The notes beneath the pieces are model-generated. The model saw nothing but the letters and a program-made list of their open reading frames with translations, did no database searches and was not told the DNA's origin. 64,000 nt of DNA from NCBI GenBank assembly GCA_963793305.1, contig CAWBZV010000010.1, positions 128,001 to 192,000 on the forward strand, given 5' to 3'. Below, piece by piece: positions 19,829 to 29,823 of the stretch. The position numbers and the translations under genes are program-made. The DNA comes from an uncultured Gemmatimonadales bacterium. Its GTDB lineage: Bacteria; Gemmatimonadota; Gemmatimonadetes; Gemmatimonadales; Gemmatimonadaceae. Positions within the stretch are counted from its first letter, which is position 1; each line of letters opens with the position of its first letter.

Positions 19829-21381
19829 CGCCGAGCCGACACGAACGCGCGAATCGACGCGATAACCTTCGCGAGCTCGGGCGACGGCGGCCGATCGGTC
19901 GGGCGACGGAGCGGAGGCGGTGGCGCGCCAACGTCGAGCCCCGCGCGCGACTGCTCGGCGTCGTGCAACTCCTGATAGAGCTGGCAATCCTCGGCGATCG
20001 TCAGCGCGCGTGAGTAGGCCTGTCGCGCGAGAGCGAGTCGGCCGCTTCGCCAGTAGCCGAGCCCGAGCGAGAGGTTGTAATCGGCATGTTGCTCGGGCAA
20101 CATCTGCTCGCCTTCTTCGGCCAATTCCGCCGCGTAGCGCTCGAAGTCGGCCCGTTCTCCGCACTGGGCCGCGAGACGAATGCCCTTGAGTCCCGCCGCG
20201 ACGTGCACGTCGGGGTCGTCGGCCGTTTGAAACATGAAGTCGTAGATGTCGCGGGCGACTTGCGGGTAATCGAGGTCGATGAACGCGGTCGCCGTGTCGT
20301 CGAGCACGCGATTCCGACGCGCGTCGTCCCAGTAGGCGCGGAGCGCCTGGGAAAGCCACACGAGCGCCTGTTGCGTCTCGAGCCCCTCGGGCTTGCGGCG
20401 TGCGTACAGGGCGAGCGCGCGCTCGTGCAGCGCTACCGCGCGCACATCCGGAAGTCCGACCACCTCGGCGTCGCGCGCAACGTCCGCATAGGCGCGATCA
20501 GAGCCCGGGACGTTATCGCCGACGAGGAGCGCGGCGGCCTCGCCGAGTCGGTTCATGAGCGCGAGCATGGGGACGCCCAGTTCCGTCGCCAGATCGCCAC
20601 CCGCATGGTGCGCCGCGATCGCGGCGGCGAGCCGGCCCGCCTTCCTGAGGCAGATCCCCATCCTATTGTAGAACTCCGGCGTCTGCAGCTGCTCCTCGCG
20701 CGAACGGACGTGCTCGATGGCCGTTCCATATACGTCGGCGGCGAGCTCCCACTGGTCGCTTCGATCGAGCACGCCGGCGTAGCCGACGAGAAGCCCGTAG
20801 ACCGAAGGCACACGCGTGGGCGAATCGTTGGTCAGCGCCGCGACCAGGGCCGACAGCATCCGCTGGGTGACGCCGGGAGGCAGGAGGTCGACGAGGCTGC
20901 GCGCGGCGCCGAGCTCGACAAACGATGCCGACCGGCGAATGAACTTGCGGCGGCCCCAGCGATCGATGAGCCGCATGGCCTCGAGGCCCGCGCGCGGCAT
21001 GTTACCGGTCAGACCTTTGGCGCGAAACTCCTTGACCATCTCGACGAACGCGTCATGCGATGGTTCTGGCCAGAACGGCGTCAGACCAGCGTTCCACGCG
21101 ACGGCTGGGAAAGGGAACGCAGTCTGTTCGGCGATTTCGTCGACGGCCGGCTCTGGGGCGAGTGTCCACTCGAAGTCGAAGACAATGTCGCCCACGGCAT
21201 CGCGACGCCGCACGAACGCACGCTCATAGCCGTTGCAGCAACGCGCCGCGTCGGCGGGATCGACCCAGCGATGTTGTTCGGGGCCTGAACAGAGGAAGAA
21301 CGCGTCAGTCGGGATCGGATCCAAGGGCCAAGGCTCAGGGGTCCACTCCAACTGCCCAGCACCGACGCACACATCGGCCAT
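19825..21381 (-). CDS. TPR-like helical repeat protein with Cys/His N-terminal module
   Basis: Repeated TPR helices (WELAADVY, NRMGICLRKAGRLAAA, LGLGYWRSGRLALARQAY); N-terminal C..H..CC. Confidence 0.8.
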   Translation of the reverse strand: MADVCVGAGQLEWTPEPWPLDPIPTDAFFLCSGPEQHRWVDPADAARCCNGYERAFVRRRDAVGDIVFDFEWTLAPEPAVDEIAEQTAFPFPAVAWNAGLTPFWPEPSHDAFVEMVKEFRAKGLTGNMPRAGLEAMRLIDRWGRRKFIRRSASFVELGAARSLVDLLPPGVTQRMLSALVAALTNDSPTRVPSVYGLLVGYAGVLDRSDQWELAADVYGTAIEHVRSREEQLQTPEFYNRMGICLRKAGRLAAAIAAHHAGGDLATELGVPMLALMNRLGEAAALLVGDNVPGSDRAYADVARDAEVVGLPDVRAVALHERALALYARRKPEGLETQQALVWLSQALRAYWDDARRNRVLDDTATAFIDLDYPQVARDIYDFMFQTADDPDVHVAAGLKGIRLAAQCGERADFERYAAELAEEGEQMLPEQHADYNLSLGLGYWRSGRLALARQAYSRALTIAEDCQLYQELHDAEQSRAGLDVGAPPPPLRRPTDRPPSPELAKVIASIRAFVSARR

Positions 21382-21443
21382 GGCGCGAAGGTATCCTCAA
21401 AAGATCGACGTGGCAACGGTGACGATTGAGCCGGGGTAAGTTA

Positions 21444-21468
21444 GGCCGTGGTCAGATGGACCGTGGCC
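21444..21468. promoter_or_regulatory. Tandem imperfect palindromes (C-box-like operator)
   Basis: GGCCGTGGTC-AGATG-GACCGTGGCC, about 30 bp upstream of the XRE gene. Confidence 0.4.
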
Positions 21469-21499
21469 GAGGGGACACCGACCCGGTACGCATTTTCGC

Positions 21500-21745
21500 G
21501 TGTCGCGACCACGCCCAACGACCGAGACTTTGGCGGCTGTCATTCGCTCGTTGCGGAAAATGCAGGGGTTGTCGCAAGAACGTCTCGCTGACCTTGCCGA
21601 GCTCGACCGTACGTACCTAGGGGGTATTGAGCGGGCCAAACGCCGGCCGACTTTTGTGGCCCTCGAGCGGGTGTTAGCCGCCCTCGACGTTGGCTGGGGC
21701 GAATTTGGGGCGGAGCTCGACAAGGCCGCCAAACGCCGAGGATAA
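21500..21745 (+). CDS. XRE-family HTH regulator (C-protein-like)
   Basis: GLSQERLADLAELDRTYLGGIERAKRRPT. Confidence 0.9.
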   Translation: MSRPRPTTETLAAVIRSLRKMQGLSQERLADLAELDRTYLGGIERAKRRPTFVALERVLAALDVGWGEFGAELDKAAKRRG

Positions 21746-21759
21746 CGGCGGCCCATAGG

Positions 21760-22680
21760 TTGCCTTATAGGATTCTCGTGCGCGCTCCCGTTCGTTGGCG
21801 GTCGCTCGGCCCCGGTTTCCTAACGCTCGGGGTCCTGATCGCCACACCCCTGATGGCGACCCTCGGCCACCGAATCTTCAGCCGGACGATCCAGGTGTAT
21901 GTCGCCACCGATAATGCCACGGGCGTCATTCGTGGCACCGAGGTGTGGCACAGCGGAGAACGCATCGGCGAGGTCGAGGGAACGAGCCTCCGACCGGTGA
22001 GTGTCGACACCTCGCAACGCGTGCTCGTACGGGTGACGATCCCGCGCGATCTCGCCCCGCGCATCCGTCGCGACACCAGAGCGCAGATTCGCCCGGGATC
22101 GAGCATGCTGGGCTCGCCCGTGGTGTACCTGTCGGGTGGTACGCTCGACGCGCCAGTCATTCGCAATGGCGATACGCTGGTGGCGCAACCTCAGAGTGCA
22201 TTCGATGAGACCCGGGCCGCGGTCGCCGTGGGTGTCGCCGAGATCCCGGAATTACGCGCCGACGTCGAATCGTTGACGTTGCAACTGTTTTCGCGCTCGG
22301 GGACGATCGGCGCGGTCGGCACGCGCGATGTCAGCGACAAGCGCGTGACGGTCCTCGGCGCGCTCACCCGAGACTTGAAGCGCCGCACGCGCGCGACGCA
22401 GCCTCGCGTGCTCGACACGGACCGCGTCGCACTGCTGGACGCCGTGCAGCACGCGCTCGCCGCGAGCGACTCCCTGCGACGCCTGGTCGTGCTGGCCGGC
22501 GGCTCACTCGATCGGCTGGAGCGAGACAGCACATTTGTGCGCGCCGTCCGCGAAACACGCGCCGAGATCGACTCGACACAGCGCCTGTTGGCCACTCCGG
22601 TCGGCACGGCCGGCCGGCTGAGCGCGGACTCCGCGATCCGCCATCAGCTCCACGAGGCCTCCCGCTCGCTCCCATTCTAG
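21760..22680 (+). CDS. MCE/MlaD family protein
   Basis: TM helix, [21 protein letters not shown]...LG..VVYL, then a helical tail. Confidence 0.85.
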   Translation: MPYRILVRAPVRWRSLGPGFLTLGVLIATPLMATLGHRIFSRTIQVYVATDNATGVIRGTEVWHSGERIGEVEGTSLRPVSVDTSQRVLVRVTIPRDLAPRIRRDTRAQIRPGSSMLGSPVVYLSGGTLDAPVIRNGDTLVAQPQSAFDETRAAVAVGVAEIPELRADVESLTLQLFSRSGTIGAVGTRDVSDKRVTVLGALTRDLKRRTRATQPRVLDTDRVALLDAVQHALAASDSLRRLVVLAGGSLDRLERDSTFVRAVRETRAEIDSTQRLLATPVGTAGRLSADSAIRHQLHEASRSLPF

Positions 22681-22711
22681 GTTATTTTCGCTGTTCTCCC
22701 CCCCACAAGAA

Positions 22712-24019
22712 ATGTCTTCGAGTGACGGTCCGGTCCCCCCGGACGTTGTGTTGCCCCCAATCGACGTCGCGGGGCTCAGACGCCAATCGATTCTCGAGCT
22801 GCAGCGCAAAGCCGAGGAGCTGGGCGTTCAGAGCGTCGCGGGGATGCGCAAGCAAGATCTCATCTTCAAGATCGAGCAGGCGCTCCTCCAGTCCGACGCA
22901 CCGCTCCGGGCCCATGGCGTGCTGGAGATCATGGCCGAGGGCTACGGGTTTCTGCGTAGCCAGGAGTGGAGCTACCTCTACAGTCCGGACGACGTCTACG
23001 TCTCGCCATCGCAGATCCGGCGGTTCGATCTCCGGACCGGCGATACCATCGACGGCCAGGTGCGCCCGCCGAAAGAGTGGGAGCGGTATCTCGCCCTGCT
23101 CCGGGTTGAGTCGATCAATGGCATGGACGCCGAGGCCAGTCCAAAAGAGCGGCCGCAGTACGACAACCTCCGGCCGCGCTATCCAGACCGCCGCATTCGG
23201 CTGGAGACCAAGAGCGGCGATCTCAGCATGCGGGTCGTTGACATCCTCGCGCCCGTTGGCAAAGGGCAGCGCGGGCTGATCGTCGCTCCGCCTCGCGCCG
23301 GCAAGACCATCTTGCTCCAGAAGATGGCGAACGCGATCGTCGAGAATCATCCCGAGGTCGTGCTGATCGTGTTGCTGATCGATGAGCGCCCCGAGGAAGT
23401 CACCGACTTTTTGGCCAACGTCCCGTCGGCCGAGGTTGTCGCCTCGACGTTCGACGAGCCGGCCGATCGGCATGTCCAGGTCGCGGACATGGTGATCGAG
23501 AAAGCCAAGCGACAGGTCGAGAGTGGCAAGGATGTCGTGATCCTGCTGGACTCGATCACGCGACTCGCGCGCGCCCACAACACGATTATCCCACACTCCG
23601 GCAAGATTCTGTCCGGTGGCGTGGACGCGCAGGCGCTGCAGAAGCCGAAGCACTTTTTCGGCGCAGCCAGAAATGTCGATGGCGGCGGATCGCTGACCAT
23701 TGTCGCCACGGCATTGGTGGAAACGGGTTCGAGAATGGACGAAGTCATCTTCGAGGAGTTCAAAGGCACAGGGAACATGGAGCTCGTGCTCGACCGCAAG
23801 GTCGCGGACAAGCGCATTTTTCCCGCGATCGACATTGGCCGATCCGGCACCAGAAAAGAGGAGCTGCTGTTGACGCCCGAGGAGATCAATCGCGTGTTTC
23901 TCCTCCGCAACTTCCTCGGGGATATGCCGGAGGATGAGGCGGTGCTGTTCCTGCTGACGCGCATGGCGCGCACGAAGACCAACCGCGAGTTCTTCGTGAG
24001 TATGGCCCAAGGCCAGTGA
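22712..24019 (+). CDS. rho: Transcription termination factor Rho
   Basis: [23 protein letters not shown] and [10 protein letters not shown]. Confidence 0.99.
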   Translation: MSSSDGPVPPDVVLPPIDVAGLRRQSILELQRKAEELGVQSVAGMRKQDLIFKIEQALLQSDAPLRAHGVLEIMAEGYGFLRSQEWSYLYSPDDVYVSPSQIRRFDLRTGDTIDGQVRPPKEWERYLALLRVESINGMDAEASPKERPQYDNLRPRYPDRRIRLETKSGDLSMRVVDILAPVGKGQRGLIVAPPRAGKTILLQKMANAIVENHPEVVLIVLLIDERPEEVTDFLANVPSAEVVASTFDEPADRHVQVADMVIEKAKRQVESGKDVVILLDSITRLARAHNTIIPHSGKILSGGVDAQALQKPKHFFGAARNVDGGGSLTIVATALVETGSRMDEVIFEEFKGTGNMELVLDRKVADKRIFPAIDIGRSGTRKEELLLTPEEINRVFLLRNFLGDMPEDEAVLFLLTRMARTKTNREFFVSMAQGQ

Positions 24020-24438
24020 CGCTCCGTGGTCGGCTGATCGCGATCGACTATGGCGAGCGTCGCATCGGTCTGGCGATCAGTGATCCATCGGGGACCATTG
24101 CCTCGCCGGCGGGTGTGATCGTTCGACGTCCCGGGAAACGGCCACCGGTGGCGGAGTTGGCCCGACAGGCGGCTGACCTGGGCGCCACTGGAATCGTCAT
24201 GGGATTGCCGCTCGACGGCGACGGCGAGGAGACCCCGCGCACGGCTGAAGTGCGTGACGTTGGCGCCAAGCTCGCGGAGCGGACCGGGTTGCCCGTGCGT
24301 TATGTTGACGAACGATATACCAGCGCAGCCGCGTTGCGTGCGGTCCGCGAGATGGGTGGATCCACGAAGGGACGCAAAGGAGACGTTGACGCTTTGGCCG
24401 CGACTATCCTTCTTCAACATGCGCTGGCGTTGTCTTAG
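24016..24438 (+). CDS. ruvX: YqgF/RuvX RNase H-like nuclease
   Basis: [22 protein letters not shown] and [10 protein letters not shown]. Confidence 0.95.
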   Translation: MTLRGRLIAIDYGERRIGLAISDPSGTIASPAGVIVRRPGKRPPVAELARQAADLGATGIVMGLPLDGDGEETPRTAEVRDVGAKLAERTGLPVRYVDERYTSAAALRAVREMGGSTKGRKGDVDALAATILLQHALALS

Positions 24439-25369
24439 CCTCGCCCTGTTGTGCGCCGCGTGTGACGCGCACACCACGGAAGAGAAGCGCGTGATGATCC
24501 CGCCGGGATCGACCTTCCGCGCGGCGGCGGACTCGCTGGCGTCAGCCCATGTCGTGTCTTCGCCGCATCTCTTTCGGATTTACGCGAAACTGACCCATCA
24601 GGATCGGGCGATCAAGCCGGGGACATATGTCCTGCCCAAGGGCAGCTCCTGGGGATCGACGCTCGACGCGCTGACGCACGGTCGTGGGCTCGTCCACACC
24701 ATCACCATCCCCGAAGGCTGGGAAGTCGCCGAGATCGCTCCCGCGCTCACCCACGGGCTCGGGGTATCGGCCGACTCCGTGACCGATGCGCTGCGCGACA
24801 GCGCGCTGCTCGCCGAGGTCGCCGTGCCGGATGAGGTGGAGTCGCTCGAGGGGTTCCTGTTTCCGGACACGTACACGTTCCCCGATGGGACGACCGCGCA
24901 CGAGGCGATCACCGAGATGGTGCACGAGTTCGAGCATGCGTGGAAGCCCGAGTGGAACGGGCGACTGGACTCCCTCGGGCTCACCCGCTACCAGGTCGTC
25001 ACGCTGGCGTCGATCGTCGAGAAGGAGGCGCGCGTGGCCGATGAGCGGCCGATCATCGCGGCCGTCTATTTGAACCGTCTCCAACGCCGCATGCCGCTCC
25101 AAGCCGATCCCACGGTGCAATACGCGCTCGGCCACCACGTCGAACGGGTGCACTACAAGGACCTCGGCATCGACTCTCCGTACAACACGTACAAGCATCC
25201 CGGGTTGCCGCCCGGGCCGATCGCGTCGCCCGGCGCGGCGAGCTTGTTTGCGGTCATCGAGCCCGCGCAGGTGCCGTATCTCTACTTCGTCGCGCGGCCT
25301 GATGGGCATCACGAGTTCAGCGAGACGTTCTCCGAGCATAAGGAGGCGAAACGCTCGATCTCACGCTGA
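24419..25369 (+). CDS. mltG: Endolytic transglycosylase
   Basis: TIPEG, LEGFLFPDTY, LASIVEKE, LQADPT and SPYNTY..PGLPPGPI. Confidence 0.96.
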   Translation: MRWRCLSLALLCAACDAHTTEEKRVMIPPGSTFRAAADSLASAHVVSSPHLFRIYAKLTHQDRAIKPGTYVLPKGSSWGSTLDALTHGRGLVHTITIPEGWEVAEIAPALTHGLGVSADSVTDALRDSALLAEVAVPDEVESLEGFLFPDTYTFPDGTTAHEAITEMVHEFEHAWKPEWNGRLDSLGLTRYQVVTLASIVEKEARVADERPIIAAVYLNRLQRRMPLQADPTVQYALGHHVERVHYKDLGIDSPYNTYKHPGLPPGPIASPGAASLFAVIEPAQVPYLYFVARPDGHHEFSETFSEHKEAKRSISR

Positions 25370-25941
25370 TCGCCATTACCGACGATCTGCGTGACGGGCG
25401 CGATGGGCTGGTGGCTCGGGCGCGGGCCGCCGTTCGGGGGGGCGCGACGGTGGTGCAACTGCGGCTCAAGAACGCCGACGCTCGGACGCTCGTCGATGTC
25501 GGGCGTGCGCTGGTCGCGGCTCTCCCCGTTCCGGTGATCGTCAACGACCGCGCCGACGTCGCGCTCGCTTGTGGCGCGGCGGGAGTGCATGTCGGGGCTG
25601 ACGACGTGCCCGTCGCTGCGCTCCGGCACGTGCTTCCGCCACCGTTTGTCATCGGCGCCTCGGTTCGCGCTGACACGGCTGGTGCGGATTACGTTGGCAT
25701 TGGGCCGGTGTTCTCCACCATCTCGAAACCCGACGCACCCGCGGCAATCGGGATTGCAGGCTTCGTCGCGCTTCGCGCTCGAAGCACCGCACCCGCCGTC
25801 GCCATCGGTGGCATTACAGCCGAACACTGCGTGGCACTCAGGCAGGCGGGAGCAGTCGGCGTTGCGGTCATTGCGGCGATATTTGGGACGGCCGATCCCG
25901 AGGCCTCAGCCAGGCGGATAAGAGAAGCATGGGCGCGGTGA
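25366..25941 (+). CDS. thiE: Thiamine phosphate synthase
   Basis: VQLRLK, IVNDRADVA..GVHVG and VAIGGI. The N-terminal LIAITD strand lies upstream of the first canonical start (GTG 25411), so CTG 25366 is proposed. Confidence 0.93.
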   Translation: MIAITDDLRDGRDGLVARARAAVRGGATVVQLRLKNADARTLVDVGRALVAALPVPVIVNDRADVALACGAAGVHVGADDVPVAALRHVLPPPFVIGASVRADTAGADYVGIGPVFSTISKPDAPAAIGIAGFVALRARSTAPAVAIGGITAEHCVALRQAGAVGVAVIAAIFGTADPEASARRIREAWAR

Positions 25942-27102
25942 CCGTTTCGGGACGCGGCGCGGCGCGGTGGACCGCGGGGCATCCGTGGATCTTCGCGAGC
26001 GACGTTCGAGGGCGTCCCCGCCGACGTTGAAGCGGGTGCAGTGCAGGTCAAGACCGAGCGTGGGCGGCCGATCGGGTGGGCCCTGTACAGTCCGCGCTCG
26101 GAGATTGCGCTCCGTCTCATCGATCGCGACCCGGACGCGCGCATCGACTCGGACTGGTGGCGCCGCTGCCTCGCGGCTGCCGCGACACGCCGGGCGTCGC
26201 TCGCGGACGTGGCGACGGCATACCGGCTCGTGCATGGCGAGGCCGACGGCTGCCCGTCGCTGGTCGTCGACAAGTATGATCGCTGGCTCGTCGTGCAGCT
26301 GGCGAGCGCCGGGGTCGAGCGCTATCGCGAAGAGATCGTGCACGCGCTGCGCGAGATGACCGGCGCCGAGGGAATATTGGCGCGAAACGATCTCGCGGTC
26401 AGGCAAAAAGAAGGGTTGCCGCGGACGGTCGAGCTGCTGAGCGGCGATGTCCCGCGCATGATCGACGTGCAGGAGTACGGCGTGCATTACTACGCCGCGC
26501 CGTGGGACGGGCAGAAGACCGGCGCGTTTCTCGACCAACGCGAGAACCGGGCGCACATTGGTGCCCTGGCCCGAGCCGGCGGTCGCGCGCTCGATTGCTT
26601 CAGCTATCACGGGTCGTTCGCGCTCCACCTGGCCCGGCGCTCCGGGGAAGTGCTCGCGCTCGATACGTCGGCCGCTGCGCTCGCTCGGGCAAGGGAGAAC
26701 GCCGGGCGAAATGGCGTGACCAATATCTCGTTTGTCGAAGCCGATGCGTTTGAGTATCTCAAAGCCGCCGAGCGGGCGCGGGAGCGATTCGATACGGTCG
26801 TCCTCGACCCGCCGGCGTTCGCCAAAACCAAGCGGTCAGTCAGCGCGGCGGCGCGCGGGTACAAGGAGATCAATTTGCGTGGCATGCGGCTGCTCAAGCC
26901 CGGCGGGCTGCTGTATACGGCGAGTTGCAGCTTTCATCTGAGCAAAGCGCAGTTTCTCGACATCTTGGAGTCCGCCGCGGCGGATAGTGGCCGACGCCTC
27001 GCGCTCCGCGAGTTTCTGGGGCAACCCATCGATCACCCGGAAGTTCTCACGATACCCGAGACCGGGTATCTCAAGGGCGCGATCATCGAGGCCTTGGACT
27101 AA
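25929..27102 (+). CDS. RlmI-like class I SAM-dependent rRNA methyltransferase; apparent +1 frameshift at ~26005
   Basis: GHPWIFASD PUA start is in another frame; GQKTGAFLDQRENR and VLDPPAFAK follow. Confidence 0.92.
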
Positions 27103-27173
27103 TTCGCCGCGCGCTGTCGCGCGTCGGCTGCAATTGCGTTGCCCGGCAACGAGAACAGCGGCTTCTTGTTGGC

Positions 27174-27812
27174 ATGCGTGTCAGTGCCGTTATCGCCGTA
27201 CCCATTGCCGCGGTCATTGCCGCCATTCCGGTTGTGCTCCGACCGGGCGCGCCGGAGATCACCTCCGATCACCTCGGCGCCGCCACTGAGACGGTGCGCT
27301 TCATGAAGGGCGACAGCGAAATCGGCCGATTTCGTTACGACTGGTCCGTTGTATCAAACGATGGGCTGTTGCTGGTGACTACCGGCGAGGTTCGAGCGAA
27401 GCCGTTCGTCGATTCGTCGCTCGTGAAACGCCATGGCCTCGCGCCCGTCTGGGAGGTTTCCCAGTTCGGAGGTAAGGTCAAACGATGGACCTACAAGGGC
27501 GACGTGTTCAACTTCCAGGAGCTGGACGATCTCCTGCGGAGCCTGCCGCTCCGCGAGGGCTACGAGCGGATCTTGCCGCTCTTCTCCGAGGGAGATGATT
27601 CGCTGGAGATGGACACGGTGCGCATCGTGAGTCGCGATCCCACGGGACGTTGGACGCTGCGCTTTGCCGATCCCGCCATCGTCGCTACGTACGAGATCGA
27701 CGAGCGGACGCGGCGCATCGTGCGCCACGAGCACGTCTCGCGGAAGACTGGGGCGCTGCTTCGCTTCCTTGACAGCTCGGACACCAGTACGTCGAGCGCC
27801 CCGCCTGGGTGA
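27174..27812 (+). CDS. Exported hypothetical protein
   Basis: Signal-like N-terminus and beta-rich body; no family recognised. Confidence 0.6.
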   Translation: MRVSAVIAVPIAAVIAAIPVVLRPGAPEITSDHLGAATETVRFMKGDSEIGRFRYDWSVVSNDGLLLVTTGEVRAKPFVDSSLVKRHGLAPVWEVSQFGGKVKRWTYKGDVFNFQELDDLLRSLPLREGYERILPLFSEGDDSLEMDTVRIVSRDPTGRWTLRFADPAIVATYEIDERTRRIVRHEHVSRKTGALLRFLDSSDTSTSSAPPG

Positions 27813-28506
27813 TGCGCTCGACGGTCGTCCCGCAGCGAGGGCAACGCTGGCCCTCGCGATCGTAGACGGACCAGGGTTCGCCCTTGTCCAACACACGTCG
27901 GATGGCCTGAACGAGCCGCGACAGTTCCTTGCGATCTAGCGAAGAGGCCGGGCGGCGCGGGTCGATGCGGGCCAGCCAGAGGGCTTCGGTCGCATAGATG
28001 TTGCCGAGGCCCGCGACGACCCGCTGATCCAATAGCGCGGGCTTGATCGCGATGCGGCGCTTGGACAGTGCATTGGCCAGGTACGCGGGTGTGAACCCCG
28101 GATCAGTGGCATCTGGCCCGAGATCGGGGAGCGGGTCGACGCCCGGCGCATGCAGGGTCAACGTTGAGAGTGCACGCGGATCCGTCAGTACCGCCCGAGA
28201 CCCATCAGTGAAGGCAATGACCACGCGGGCGTACGGTGGCACAGGGTCTTGCACATGGCCGACGTCCCAATCTCCGGTCATGCGAAAGTGGACGTGCAGG
28301 GTCGATCCGTCCCCGAATCGAATGAGCTGATGCTTGCCACGGCGCTCGATCGAGACGACCTGCGCGCCGATCAGCCGCCGCACTTTGGACGGAGGTAACA
28401 GGCGCCGATGCACACGGTGCAGTCGTTCGACCGCGGCAATCGTCTTGCCGAGGGCGACCGTGCGCAGCACGCGAGCGGCAGCGTCGACTTCCGGGAGTTC
28501 AGGCAT
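27685..28506 (-). CDS. mutM: Formamidopyrimidine-DNA glycosylase
   Basis: MPELPEV, RRGK, H.RMTG, GLGNIY and CPRC...WCPSCQ zinc finger. Confidence 0.95.
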   Translation of the reverse strand: MPELPEVDAAARVLRTVALGKTIAAVERLHRVHRRLLPPSKVRRLIGAQVVSIERRGKHQLIRFGDGSTLHVHFRMTGDWDVGHVQDPVPPYARVVIAFTDGSRAVLTDPRALSTLTLHAPGVDPLPDLGPDATDPGFTPAYLANALSKRRIAIKPALLDQRVVAGLGNIYATEALWLARIDPRRPASSLDRKELSRLVQAIRRVLDKGEPWSVYDREGQRCPRCGTTVERITQAGRSTYWCPSCQGSEAAPQSSARRARGARCAASARRSRT

Positions 28507-28525
28507 AGTGCTACCTTATCGAAAC

Positions 28526-29290
28526 ATGGGCGACCGCCGTCCGCGCTCGTTGAAGCACGAGTACGAGATGTACGTCGAGCGCGAGATCGAAAACTATAAA
28601 GATTCCCTTCCCCGGCCCGTGCTGCTCGGCATTGGGGACGAGGCAGTGCGGAGTCTGAGTCGCCAACCCCAGTTTGCGCTGACCGAGCTCGTGCTGTGGG
28701 AGGAAGTCGATCGCATCATCATGCGTCGGCTTCGGATGCCCACGTATCAGACCTGGCGACGCCGCAGGGTGCGGATTCTCGAGAAATATCGGAAGCCAGA
28801 GCACTGGGGACTCGACGCCGAAAGTCCGCTCGTGCGCGCTGTCGAACCTGGTGACTTAGCCAACGTGCTGGTCGCCGGCGCCCGGCTGGAAGGCGCGACG
28901 CTCTATCTCGCCGCCAATGGTTGCGACGTCATTACCGTCGAGGAAGCACCCGACGTCGTCGCGCGGGTGTTGAGCGCGGCTGAGGAAGCCGGCCTCACGG
29001 CGCGTGTGCGTGGGTGTGTGACGGACATTGGACATTGGACACCGGATGTCCCGCTCAACGCCTTCGTGTGTACACCGGCCGCGTTCGACGGGCTCTCGGC
29101 GGCCGAGCGGCGACGGGTCATCGAGGTGCTCAAGTCCGCTACGGCTGACGGTGGAGTGCATCTCGTCGAGACGATTCTGGCCGGGCAAGAAGCCGAGTTG
29201 CGCGATCGCTACGTGGGCTGGGAGATCACCGTCGAGCGCGACCCCGCTGCGCTATCGCGCGCGTTTGTAGCTCGGAAGAGCGTGGCCTAA
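28526..29290 (+). CDS. Hypothetical protein with C-terminal methyltransferase-like fold
   Basis: VLVAGA...LYLAANGCDVITVE resembles a SAM-MTase core; function not assignable. Confidence 0.7.
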   Translation: MGDRRPRSLKHEYEMYVEREIENYKDSLPRPVLLGIGDEAVRSLSRQPQFALTELVLWEEVDRIIMRRLRMPTYQTWRRRRVRILEKYRKPEHWGLDAESPLVRAVEPGDLANVLVAGARLEGATLYLAANGCDVITVEEAPDVVARVLSAAEEAGLTARVRGCVTDIGHWTPDVPLNAFVCTPAAFDGLSAAERRRVIEVLKSATADGGVHLVETILAGQEAELRDRYVGWEITVERDPAALSRAFVARKSVA

Positions 29291-29326
29291 GCCGGCGCGT
29301 AATGACACAGTGTACACTTTGCGGCG

Positions 29327-29341
29327 TGTCGATCTGCGACA
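29327..29341. promoter_or_regulatory. Putative enhancer (UAS) palindrome TGTCG-N5-CGACA
   Basis: Perfect 5-bp inverted repeat about 60-75 bp upstream of the -24 element. Confidence 0.5.
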
Positions 29342-29401
29342 TACTCAACTAACCGATTCTCTAAAGCGCGGCCCTGTAGCGTCTTAGCGATCCGTTCGTC
29401 T

Positions 29402-29417
29402 TGGCACCAGTGGTGCT
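29402..29417 (+). promoter_or_regulatory. Sigma54 (-24/-12) promoter
   Basis: TGGCAC-CAGTG-GTGCT with exact GG-N10-GC spacing. Confidence 0.65.
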
Positions 29418-29445
29418 TATGGGGACACCACTGGAGGAAAAGCAT

Positions 29446-29604
29446 ATGACGGACGAACGTCAGCACACGGAAGAGCCCGAGCTCATCGGCATCATTATAT
29501 CGCAGGGCGTGCGGCCACAGCCGCTGCCTCGGTTTGCGGCATATATCTGGGGCGTTGCGCCCACCGACGCACAGAGCTCGGCTTCGACGACACGCGCGGC
29601 GTAA
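29446..29604 (+). CDS. 52-aa small protein
   Basis: GGAGG SD before the ATG; followed by a terminator. Confidence 0.7.
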   Translation: MTDERQHTEEPELIGIIISQGVRPQPLPRFAAYIWGVAPTDAQSSASTTRAA

Positions 29605-29617
29605 GGCGCGCAGCAGT

Positions 29618-29660
29618 AAAAAAAAAAGCGGGAGCGCCGAGGCGCACCCGCTCTTTTTTT
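29618..29660. terminator. Bidirectional intrinsic terminator
   Basis: A10, GC-rich hairpin, T7, between two convergent small genes. Confidence 0.9.
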
Positions 29661-29669
29661 GCCCAAAAA

Positions 29670-29762
29670 CTAGCGGCGCTTCTTCGCTGCCTTCTTGCGA
29701 CCACCCTTCTTGGCCGTCGACTTCCGACCACCCTTCTTCTTTGCGCCTTTCTTGATAGCCAT
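29670..29762 (-). CDS. 30-aa Lys/Arg-rich microprotein (histone H1/protamine-like)
   Basis: MAIKKGAKKKGGRKSTAKKGGRKKAAKKRR; GGAG upstream, terminator immediately downstream; absent from the ORF track. Confidence 0.8.
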   Translation of the reverse strand: MAIKKGAKKKGGRKSTAKKGGRKKAAKKRR

Positions 29763-29823
29763 ACGAACTGCTCCATTGCTGGAGTGGAACACCCGACCGA
29801 TCCCCCGGTGGATCGGCGAGCGC

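Noticed and set aside
1..21750. Prophage, ICE, integron or DGR as the explanation for the accessory region
   Set aside because: No integrase, transposase, reverse transcriptase, att/tRNA site, attC array or structural genes seen; the left boundary is outside the window.
22682..24010. Long antisense ORFs opposite rho, tldD, the M16 peptidase and others
   Set aside because: Expected in high-GC coding DNA; they carry no motifs and fully overlap well-supported genes.
27685..27812. 128-bp convergent overlap of mutM with its neighbour as a functional extension
   Set aside because: The extension lies after the complete zinc finger and looks like neutral stop-codon drift.
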